A stretch of 64,000 nucleotides of DNA from Candidatus Chisholmbacteria bacterium. Its GTDB lineage: Bacteria > Patescibacteriota > Microgenomatia > UBA1400 > Chisholmbacteraceae. Both the position numbers and the translations under genes were made by a program. Below the pieces are notes generated by a model. The model ran no database searches. It was not told where the DNA came from and saw only the letters and a program-made list of their open reading frames with translations. Location: the NCBI GenBank assembly GCA_963704905.1, contig CAVPHZ010000001.1, positions 259,438-323,437 on the forward strand, read 5' to 3'. Positions 38,412 through 46,271 of this stretch are shown one piece after another. How positions within the stretch are numbered: position 1 is the first letter of the stretch; every line of letters starts with the position of its first letter.

Positions 38412-39076
38412 CTCTTGTTTTGCTTTGCGTACTGTCTGAAATCGATTAAGTCGATCCTTTTCCTCTTAATAGCATTTTTGACTTTATCACTGGTTAACAC
38501 CTCTACCTCTCTGTTTCTTTGCATGCGGTAGGGATCCTTCAATCGGTTACTTGTCCACCCGGGATGACAGATCAGCTCTGTACTACCTGGTTCTAATGAA
38601 TCCAAACAACTGATCAAGTGACTCGTGCTGATGTTCTCCGGTGTAGGTCTTCCGGAGATTAAACCATAGAACCTCGTCTCTATGTAATGATTGTTGTCAT
38701 AACGAAATTCAAGCTGTTGTTTCTTGACCAGCATACGTATTTTAAAATACATTTTTTTGGAAAATTTAAACCCTTTATGATAATCTAGATGCGTTGGTTT
38801 GAACTTAAAATACCTTTGAAAAACCCCTAGTTGTTCATTTGTCTTTGCTACGATACTTTCTGCTGTGATATTTTTATCTTCGACCTGTATGTGAATGCCC
38901 CAATTGATATCACTGTTTTGTTGAACTAACTTCTGAGTGTGTGAAAGATGGTTTCTATTTAAAAGAATGCTTGTTGAAGTAACAATTCCTTTTCTAATTG
39001 CATACAGTATTCCATGACTAATACCTGGACTAATGCCGAAGTCGTCGGCATTCACAATTAACTTTCTAGATTGCAT
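38408..39076 (-). CDS. YdjC/ChbG-family carbohydrate deacetylase
   Basis: LIVNADDFGISPGISHGIL... plus THLDYHKG and CHPG motifs of the YdjC family. Confidence 0.7.
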   Translation of the reverse strand: MQSRKLIVNADDFGISPGISHGILYAIRKGIVTSTSILLNRNHLSHTQKLVQQNSDINWGIHIQVEDKNITAESIVAKTNEQLGVFQRYFKFKPTHLDYHKGFKFSKKMYFKIRMLVKKQQLEFRYDNNHYIETRFYGLISGRPTPENISTSHLISCLDSLEPGSTELICHPGWTSNRLKDPYRMQRNREVEVLTSDKVKNAIKRKRIDLIDFRQYAKQNKR

Positions 39077-39115
39077 TGGGAATATTTTACTTAAAAAAGC
39101 AACATTCTTGAATTG

Positions 39116-39226
39116 TTAGTGCTCTGCGTAGAAGCTTGAAATAAATTTCTCTGTTTTGAGCTCTGGTTTAACGTATTTTTTTCGGTTTGTCTTCTTCTCT
39201 TCTTGCTTGTTGATCTTTCTCATCAT
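39116..39226 (-). CDS. Candidate small ORF (36 aa, Lys-rich): MMRKINKQEEKKTNRKKYVKPELKTEKFISSFYAEH; possible precursor/substrate peptide of the downstream RRE-kinase-GT operon
   Basis: Hand-translated on the minus strand. Strong SD AAAGGGGGTG 5 nt upstream of ATG (39224-39226), TAA stop at 39116-39118. Lies 39 nt upstream of the YdjC gene on the same strand and below the ORF-track size cutoff. Confidence 0.4.
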   Translation of the reverse strand: MMRKINKQEEKKTNRKKYVKPELKTEKFISSFYAEH

Positions 39227-39263
39227 TCACACCCCCTTTACCTCCATACTTTGGTATATCTCA

Positions 39264-39293
39264 AGGTTAGCATGCTTCTTGAGTAGTTGTCAA
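39264..39293 (-). promoter_or_regulatory. Sigma70-like promoter for the small-ORF/YdjC/GT2/kinase/PqqD/GT2 operon
   Basis: Minus strand: consensus -35 TTGACA (39288-39293), 18-nt spacer, -10 TAACCT (39264-39269), ~35 nt upstream of the small-ORF ATG. Confidence 0.4.
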
Positions 39294-39405
39294 GTTATTA
39301 TTTAGTGATGGTAACAATGTGAAAATGATTAAAAATCAGTGTATCTTGTTCTATTCTTTCTTGCTTACGTTACAATAAGTTAATATCTGTACTCTTAATC
39401 TAGAA

Positions 39406-40044
39406 ATGAGATCGGAAAATCCTTATAAAACTCTTGAAAAAATTGAATCTGTTTGCAAAAAATGCAACATTCCAACAATTGGAGTAAATACTGGTGAGGT
39501 TTTGTCGTTGCTTGCAGCTTTACATAAACCTCGAAAGATACTGGAAATCGGAACAGGAGGTGGATACTCGACAATTTGGATTGCAAGTAAGTTAACGCAT
39601 AACTATTTCATTGATACAATTGAAAAAGACAAAAGCGTGTATTCCATAGCCATGAAAAATATTACAAGCACTCGATTTTCAAATAATATTCATCTCATCC
39701 ACTCTGATGCTCTCACTTGGATAAACAGAAAAACGAATGAAGAGTACGATTACATCTTTGTTGATGGAAAGAAAAGTGAATACCATCGATATTTAGAGTC
39801 ATGTAGACCTCTTCTTAGAAAAAAAGGGCTGATTATATTTGATGACACTTTGTTCTGGCTGAAAAAAAATACAGATACTGCTCGGGCCTTTAAGACAAGA
39901 AAAGAGAAGATTTTCCATATCCTGAAGATGAAAAGGCTTGAGGTATATTTTAGAGATTTTAATAGGAAATTCCAGAAGAATTCTCAATACAATGCGGTAT
40001 TCATTCCCATAGAGAATGGTTTAACCATCGGTCAGAAGTTATAA
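39406..40044 (+). CDS. Class I SAM-dependent O-methyltransferase (family 3, caffeoyl-CoA-OMT-like)
   Basis: KILEIGTGGGYSTIWIA..., YDYIFVDGKKSEY..., GLIIFDDTLFW. Confidence 0.65.
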   Translation: MRSENPYKTLEKIESVCKKCNIPTIGVNTGEVLSLLAALHKPRKILEIGTGGGYSTIWIASKLTHNYFIDTIEKDKSVYSIAMKNITSTRFSNNIHLIHSDALTWINRKTNEEYDYIFVDGKKSEYHRYLESCRPLLRKKGLIIFDDTLFWLKKNTDTARAFKTRKEKIFHILKMKRLEVYFRDFNRKFQKNSQYNAVFIPIENGLTIGQKL

Positions 40045-40082
40045 GCGAATTTTACTTAGAGCTCTTTCTATTCGTAGTTATT

Positions 40083-41111
40083 ATGATTATTCTCAAACAG
40101 ATTGTTTTTGCTTTTTCTTCGATGCTGTTCTTCTTTTCGCTTGGAAGGTGGCCATTTTTTAATTGGCGTTATCGATACGTTTTACCTCTATCAGCTGTTT
40201 TTTCTTTTACATCTCTGGTTTATACACTCTCTCAGTACAGATTTTCGTACTATGAGTTGTTCCTGCTTTTATTACTCTTGCTGTTTAGCTTAATCTATGG
40301 AAAGAGAAGAAAGTATTATGGTGGTTCAACGCTTTTTCAACAAATGTCACATGGCTTGATTACTGTCGAAGAAAATAAATCAAAAAATATTCGAGTACTA
40401 AAGCGAGATGGAAAAACTACCTCAGGTATCGAGCTAACAACCCAGCAGCCGACTTCAAAATTGCTCTGGTTTCCTCATCTTTCAGAGCTTTTCCCTTTTA
40501 AGATAACGCGTGTTCTTTGTATTGGAGGTGGAGCTTGTGCTTATCCAATTTATGCTTTGAAAATGAATCCAGAAATGTATATGGATGTCGTTGAAATCGA
40601 TCCGGTAGTTGTTGAGGTAGCTAAGAAGTACTTTCCTCTTCCAATAGCTAGTGGCTTTAAACTTATTCAAGATAATGCTTTACGATGGCTTAAGAAAAAT
40701 CACAAAAAGAAATATGACCTCATTTTTGTTGATGTAGGAATTATCTCGTCGGTTTCACAAGTTTCATACAACACTCAATTCCTGAATGAAAACGCTTTAA
40801 AAGATTATATAAGATGTCTATCTAAGAATGGCACAGTAATGATAAATATTATGATGACCTTACTTTCTGGAGATATTAAACTAAATTATGAGTTGCTTTC
40901 TGCCTTTAATAAATCTTTTCGATCCTATCTCGCGTTTGTTACTAATCCGATAATCGACAAGGCTCAATTGAATGACGTCCTGCACATCTTCAGTAGACAG
41001 AAAGTTATTCAAGGTCTACTTAGAAAGAAACTATCCTTAACACCCGAAGACCAGTTGTCATTTAATAAGAACGATTATCTACAGATGCTTGACTCTCGTC
41101 AGGTTGGTTAG
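40083..41111 (+). CDS. Membrane-anchored spermidine-synthase-fold (aminopropyl/methyl-transferase-like) protein
   Basis: 2-3 N-terminal TMs then RVLCIGGGACAYPIYALKMNPEMYMDVVEIDPVVVEVAKKYF and YDLIFVDV, matching the spermidine/spermine synthase Rossmann motifs. Confidence 0.5.
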   Translation: MIILKQIVFAFSSMLFFFSLGRWPFFNWRYRYVLPLSAVFSFTSLVYTLSQYRFSYYELFLLLLLLLFSLIYGKRRKYYGGSTLFQQMSHGLITVEENKSKNIRVLKRDGKTTSGIELTTQQPTSKLLWFPHLSELFPFKITRVLCIGGGACAYPIYALKMNPEMYMDVVEIDPVVVEVAKKYFPLPIASGFKLIQDNALRWLKKNHKKKYDLIFVDVGIISSVSQVSYNTQFLNENALKDYIRCLSKNGTVMINIMMTLLSGDIKLNYELLSAFNKSFRSYLAFVTNPIIDKAQLNDVLHIFSRQKVIQGLLRKKLSLTPEDQLSFNKNDYLQMLDSRQVG

Positions 41112-41127
41112 TTTAATACGTTAACAT

Positions 41128-41889
41128 TTACTTTTTTTTGGGGGGGGTGTATTTGAAGTTGTATTCTTTTTCATAAAGGCGAATAATTCCTTTTGGGGTG
41201 CTTTTTGCTCGAATCTCGCCATTGAATAACCAAATAGCTCGATTGCAGATTTTTTTCAGTAACTCAAAAGAGTGTGTAGCAATAATTATTGTTTTTCGTT
41301 TTTTCCTAAACTCGTTAATTTTATCTAGTGATTTTTGTTTGAAATTATTATCCCCAACAGAAATATTTTCATCTAGAATAAGAACTTCTGGTGAGGCATG
41401 AATAGCAATGGCAAAACTTATTCGTAGCTTCATTCCGTCTGAGTATGTATATAATGGCGCATCGATAAACCCACCGATGTCCGCAAAGGTTGTAATGCTT
41501 TTTAGTTTTTTTACGATTTCATTTTTATCCATTCCAAGCAATAAACCATTCAAGAAAATGTTTTCTTCCCCGGTTAAATCTGGGTGAAACCCAGCTCCAA
41601 GTTCAATGAGGGATATAATTTTATGCTCACAGAGAATGCTACCGTACGTAGGGGTTGTTATCCCTGCCATAATCTTAAGAAGGGTTGTTTTTCCTGATCC
41701 ATTTGCCCCGAAGATACCAACTGAGTCTCCTTTAAATACTGTTAAGTTTATGTCCCTTAGGGCGTAGAATTCTTCAGTTTTTTTTCTTTTGAAAATATTT
41801 TCTACTAGCGTAGGTTTCTCGTGATGAACGACATACTTCTTTCCAATGTGCTTAAGCTTAATGATAGTTTCTCTCATTTTTACAACCAA
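41128..41889 (-). CDS. ABC transporter ATP-binding protein, Wzt/TagH/KpsT type (glycan export)
   Basis: Walker A GANGSGKTTLLKIMAGI, signature YSDGMKLRISFA, Walker B LILDE. Confidence 0.8.
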   Translation of the reverse strand: MVVKMRETIIKLKHIGKKYVVHHEKPTLVENIFKRKKTEEFYALRDINLTVFKGDSVGIFGANGSGKTTLLKIMAGITTPTYGSILCEHKIISLIELGAGFHPDLTGEENIFLNGLLLGMDKNEIVKKLKSITTFADIGGFIDAPLYTYSDGMKLRISFAIAIHASPEVLILDENISVGDNNFKQKSLDKINEFRKKRKTIIIATHSFELLKKICNRAIWLFNGEIRAKSTPKGIIRLYEKEYNFKYTPPKKK

Positions 41890-42662
41890 TCAACGAAGTA
41901 TGGACTTTCCCTTATGAATATGTAGATCCCAACACATATAACAACCATGCTTATCACTAAATTGGTCATCATCAGTTGAACATTTATTAATCCTTGATTC
42001 AAAATTGCCATATGAAATAACTCAAAAATACTTGTAAGAGGGTTAATTAAAAATAGCTTATGTAAAGAATCTGGGATGATACTTAAGTTATAAATAATTG
42101 GTGTTATATAGAACCACAAGATTAGCGCTGATTGAATAAAAAAGTTTATGTCTCTAAAGCGCACCTGGAGGCTTGATGTGATTAGAGACAAACCAATCGT
42201 AAACATTAGCAGCCATACAAGAGCTGGTAACATTATAAGTATCTCGGGAAATAGGAGTTTGTTGGTTAATAATAAAAATATTCCTAGCAAAAATAGTGAA
42301 ATTAAAAGGTGGATAAAGTTAGAGAATATCATTGAAATCGGTATTACTTCCTTTGAAAATTTCGTTTTTTGCAGTAATGATCGCTCATTAACGAAACTTG
42401 GGGTAGTCTTAGTTACTGAGAGTAGAAAAAATTGCCATGGTAATAATCCTGTAAATAAAAATAGGAAATAGTCAGGTATTCTAATATACAAAGAAAAAAT
42501 TAGACCGATGATTGTCATTTGAAGCAAGGGGTTAAGTAAAACCCATAAAAAACCAAATATTGCCCTTTTATATCGAGCTTTTATCTCTCTTTCGGTCATC
42601 ACCCAAAGAAAGTCTAGATATTTATTCATATTTTCTCTAGTTTTTTTTCTACGAATGAGCAT
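41880..42662 (-). CDS. ABC-2 type permease (Wzm/TagG/KpsM-like)
   Basis: 260 aa, 6 TMs, ABC-2 family pattern; overlaps the ATPase gene by 10 nt. Confidence 0.75.
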   Translation of the reverse strand: MLIRRKKTRENMNKYLDFLWVMTEREIKARYKRAIFGFLWVLLNPLLQMTIIGLIFSLYIRIPDYFLFLFTGLLPWQFFLLSVTKTTPSFVNERSLLQKTKFSKEVIPISMIFSNFIHLLISLFLLGIFLLLTNKLLFPEILIMLPALVWLLMFTIGLSLITSSLQVRFRDINFFIQSALILWFYITPIIYNLSIIPDSLHKLFLINPLTSIFELFHMAILNQGLINVQLMMTNLVISMVVICVGIYIFIRESPYFVDWL

Positions 42663-42879
42663 GAATTTACTAATCTATTTATATTAAGATATATCCTTAA
42701 TATACATTATGATGCTTTTATAAAATTAAATATTTTTAAATATACTTTGTTAACAATAAGAATAATTTTAGAACTACGATATTACTCTATAGCATTCTGA
42801 TAGGCTACAATCCAATATCTACAGTACTTTTCTAATTTGATGCATTTTACTAAATATCCATGGTATTCTAGATGTTAAT

Positions 42880-43515
42880 ATGCCGGAGTCGAATCAACGT
42901 ATACATGATCAGTTAATTCAACCTTCATTACAGGAAAATACATCTTCACTTCAGCCTTCTCCTCGGTCCTGGTTTACAAGACGAAAGATACCACTATTTA
43001 GTGTTATTGTAATGATGGTTCTTTTGGGTATCGTTTTGGTGGTATACCTTCTTTCTCAGCGTTCTTTTGATAATCAACCTAGAACAGAAAATCCAATTCC
43101 TGTGTCATCATTGCCTATAGAATCGAGTACATCAACAATATTTGGTACTCAAACTGTAAACCTGGTAGCGATTCAAGATGCCTCACCTTCTGGGTTTGGA
43201 TATGCGAATCGAAATATCACTTCATATAATATCCTTCATCATGTTCTCGCAGTTCTTCCCAAACCTCCACAAGGAACATTCTATGAAGCTTGGCTCATTC
43301 GAAACCCAAATGAAAACTTCAGCTTAGGGAGACTATATAGAAGTGAAGAAGGCCAATATCTTCTCACAAGCGACTGGGTATATTTTCCGAATGAATTACC
43401 TTTTTCTTCTTTTGAAGACTTTCCAAAGATCGTTGTTTCTCTTGAAACTTCTGAAGATGACGTCATTGAGAGGCGGTTGCTGGTCGGTCAATTTTCAGAA
43501 CCAGAAAGTAACTAA
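42880..43515 (+). CDS. Membrane-anchored protein with anti-sigma-K (RskA)-like C-terminal domain; tentative
   Basis: Single TM (LFSVIVMMVLLGIVLVVYLL) and extracytoplasmic ...GTFYEAWLIRNPNENFSLGRL..., resembling the RskA C-terminal motif. Confidence 0.3.
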   Translation: MPESNQRIHDQLIQPSLQENTSSLQPSPRSWFTRRKIPLFSVIVMMVLLGIVLVVYLLSQRSFDNQPRTENPIPVSSLPIESSTSTIFGTQTVNLVAIQDASPSGFGYANRNITSYNILHHVLAVLPKPPQGTFYEAWLIRNPNENFSLGRLYRSEEGQYLLTSDWVYFPNELPFSSFEDFPKIVVSLETSEDDVIERRLLVGQFSEPESN

Positions 43516-43526
43516 ATTTTTCTAGA

Positions 43527-44279
43527 TTGTATATCAAAGTAATTTTGCTACAATTTTTTCCTATGAACATCTTTGTTCGTCGTATTCGGTATCTGCCCGT
43601 CCTGAGCATGATAAGTTTATTTCTTTTTGCACTGCTTTTTTCTCCATCATCGACATCGGGAACTATTGACCAAGTTTCGCTTTCATTTCTTCGCCAACCG
43701 ACACCAATTCTGGCAACAGAGTCGAAATTTACTGAGCAGGTAGAAAGTTGGGAAGAATCGATTGATTTTTCAACCGTTTACGTTAAAGATGACTCGTATG
43801 AGCTTGGTACTGAAGTCATCACTCGGGAAGGGTCGCCGGGAAAAAAGCGAGTAATTCAAACTACCGTAACCTACGATGGAGAAGATTACTCGACTTCAAT
43901 TGAGGAAGATATTCTGATAGAGGCTGAGAATCAGGTGATTGTACAAGGAACAAAAATCGTATTGAGAACAATAGAGAGTGAGTACGGAAATCTCACGTAT
44001 TCACAGACCTTTTCAAATATGTGGGCGACGAGTTATGACTCGACTTGCTCTGGGTGTAGTACTACAACAGCGACGGGAATGAAGCAGGGTTATGGAGTGG
44101 TTGCGGTTGATCCAACTGTAATCCCACTTTATAGCAAAGTCTTCGTCCCAGGCTATGGCATTGCTCTTGTGGGTGATGTTGGTGGATCGATTAAGGGAAA
44201 TAGAATCGATCTTGGGTATGACTCTCTTGGCGGACAGTGGAAAGCACATTCTGTAGATGTGTATCTGCTTGTCGATTAA
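43527..44279 (+). CDS. G5 + 3D domain cell-wall protein (YabE/RpfB-like)
   Basis: G5-like block YELGTEVITREGSPGKKRVIQTTVTYDGEDY...; C-terminal 3D domain (ATSYDSTCSGCSTTTATGMKQGYGVVAVDPTVIPLYSKVFVPGYGIALVGDVGGSIKGNRIDL). Confidence 0.6.
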   Translation: MYIKVILLQFFPMNIFVRRIRYLPVLSMISLFLFALLFSPSSTSGTIDQVSLSFLRQPTPILATESKFTEQVESWEESIDFSTVYVKDDSYELGTEVITREGSPGKKRVIQTTVTYDGEDYSTSIEEDILIEAENQVIVQGTKIVLRTIESEYGNLTYSQTFSNMWATSYDSTCSGCSTTTATGMKQGYGVVAVDPTVIPLYSKVFVPGYGIALVGDVGGSIKGNRIDLGYDSLGGQWKAHSVDVYLLVD

Positions 44280-44323
44280 TTTTTTTAGCTCTCAGAATCC
44301 CCTGTATAATAAAGCTTATCACT

Positions 44324-45361
44324 ATGGTCATTCGTGAAGTTCGCATTGACGAAAAATCCCCTTTTAATTTACTTGCTCAGCATCCGGTTCAAAGTTGGGA
44401 ATGGGGGGAGTTTAAGAAAAAAACTGGAGTTGAAGTTGTCCGTTTAGCTTCTTTTCATAAAGAAACTATGCAGGCTGGGTATCAGATTAGTTTTCACCCA
44501 GTTCCGAAGACGTCATACAGTGTTGGCTACTTTCCTAAAGGCCCCCTTCCAGATGATGATCTCCTTGAAGCACTTATCGATGTTGGACGTAGGCGAAATG
44601 CGCTTTATATAAAACTCGATCCAAATGTCCAAACAAAAGATGGTCAGGAAGTTTTTCAAGAACTTTCGAAGAAATTTGATCTTCGATTAGGGCGTACGGT
44701 ATTTACACCTAATACTTTTTTTATTGATCTCACAAAATCTGAGGACGAGTTGCTAGCGTCCATGAAATCAAAGTCTCGTTACAATATACGTTTGGCAAAG
44801 CGACATGGAGTTACCGTCCATGAAGATAACAGCACGAAAGCTATTGAAACCTATCTTCGATTAACTCGAGAAACTGCTACACGGCAAGGATTCTATGCCC
44901 ATGATGAAGAGTATCATCGACTTCTGTGGGAAATTCTTCACACTTCAATGGAACGTGCTGGTCAAGATCCAATCGCCCGCCTTCTGGTTGCGAAGTATAC
45001 AAAGGAAATTCTTGTCACTTGGATGGTCTTTGTCTTTCATAAAACCCTCTATTATCCTTATGGTGCTTCGTCGAGCAAACATCAGAATCTCATGGCAAGT
45101 AATCTTATGATGTGGGAGGCTATGCGTTTTGGAAAGACGCTTGGCTGTCAGTTGTTTGACCTTTGGGGTTCGCTTGGATCGAATCCAGATCCAAAGAACC
45201 CATGGTATGGATTTCATCGATTTAAAGAGGGGTTTGGCGGGGAGCTCATTCATTTTGTAGGAACCTACGATTTGGTCATTCAACCACAGCTCTATCCTCT
45301 GTTTCGGTTTGCTGAAGATGCCCGGTGGAAGGTGTTGCGCATCCTTTCAAAATTCCGATGA
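44324..45361 (+). CDS. FemAB-family peptidoglycan interpeptide-bridge aminoacyltransferase (FemX/MurM-like), copy 1
   Basis: ...HPVQSWEWGEFKKKTG...FYAHDEEYHRLLWEI...LYYPYGASSSKHQNLMASNLMMWEAMRFGKTLGCQLFDLWG... = FemAB family. The track's 44237 start overlaps the upstream gene; ATG at 44324. Confidence 0.65.
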   Translation: MVIREVRIDEKSPFNLLAQHPVQSWEWGEFKKKTGVEVVRLASFHKETMQAGYQISFHPVPKTSYSVGYFPKGPLPDDDLLEALIDVGRRRNALYIKLDPNVQTKDGQEVFQELSKKFDLRLGRTVFTPNTFFIDLTKSEDELLASMKSKSRYNIRLAKRHGVTVHEDNSTKAIETYLRLTRETATRQGFYAHDEEYHRLLWEILHTSMERAGQDPIARLLVAKYTKEILVTWMVFVFHKTLYYPYGASSSKHQNLMASNLMMWEAMRFGKTLGCQLFDLWGSLGSNPDPKNPWYGFHRFKEGFGGELIHFVGTYDLVIQPQLYPLFRFAEDARWKVLRILSKFR

Positions 45362-46258
45362 TTGACTTACGACAATCTCCTTTCTACGCAGAGCATATGA
45401 AGAAACTTGGGTGGATTGTTGAGACTCTTCCTAGTCTCTCTCGGTCTTCTTCTCGTAACTCTTCTCCTCGAATATTTGCTTACATTCGCAGATTACCTTT
45501 TCTACCTATCTCTATTATGAAAATTCAACGCTTTACCCCTATTCCAGATTTCGGTAAGATCGTCGCATTAAACCGAAAACATCGAGTGTTCTCGATCACG
45601 CTTGAGCCTGGACTACTCAATAAAATAGACAAAGTTCATTTTACCAAAGCAATAACAAGGTTTAAATATCGATCATTGAATTGGCCGTTACAGCCAACTT
45701 CAACTGTCCGCGTAAATTTGAAACAATCTCTGCAAGTACTTCTAAAGGGATTGGGTTCTGATGCGAGAGCGAGTGTTCGTAAAGCTAAGCAGACTTGCAA
45801 GGTAAAGTTCATTTCTACTGATGACCGTTTAGAAATTGAGCAGTTTTATGAGTTTTGGAAACAAAATGGAAAAGGGTATGTGCCATCACAGAAAGAGTTT
45901 GATAGTTTACTTCAGGCTTTTGAAAACAATGCGACTCTTGTCTTAGTTTTTAAAGATCGTGAACTTCTTTCTGGTGTTGTCATTCTTTTTCATGATCGGC
46001 AGGCATATTATTACTATGCAGCAACTTCGTCAAAAGGCAGGAGAGAGTTTGCAGGTTACTACTCAACTTGGAGAGCAATTCTTGAAGCTAAGCGACGAGG
46101 ATGTTTGTGTTTGATTTTGAAGGTATCTATGATGAGCGGTTTCCAAAACTTAAGCGGTGGAAAGGATTTTCTCGGTTTAAGAAGAAGTTTGGCGGAGAGA
46201 TCATTCGTTATCCTTTACCTGTAGGTCGGTTTCGTTTACCAATTTCTTTTTCTTTATA
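45358..46258 (+). CDS. FemAB-family aminoacyltransferase, copy 2, carrying an apparent -1 frameshift near 46100 (pseudogene or sequencing error)
   Basis: ATGA-coupled to copy 1. The track ORF ends ...KRRGCLCLILKVSMMSG...; a different frame from ~46100 gives MFVFDFEGIYDERFPKLKRWKGFSRFKKKFGGEIIRYPLPV..*, the canonical FemAB C-terminus (DFEGI ... FK..FGG), ending at 46258. Confidence 0.5.
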
Positions 46259-46271
46259 AGATATTAGAGCT

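Noticed and set aside
39395-39586. 63-aa minus-strand ORF from the six-frame track near the candidate peptide
   Set aside because: Almost entirely antisense to the well-supported O-methyltransferase gene (39406-40044) and without an RBS; likely spurious. The real small ORF is the 36-codon one at 39116-39226.
29435-42662. Possible lasso-peptide biosynthetic cluster (because of the PqqD + HPr-kinase-like + nucleotidyltransferase trio)
   Set aside because: No Asn-synthetase-like lasso cyclase (C protein) and no transglutaminase-like B2 leader protease is present anywhere in the window. The RRE/kinase pair is therefore interpreted as part of a different, undescribed modification system.
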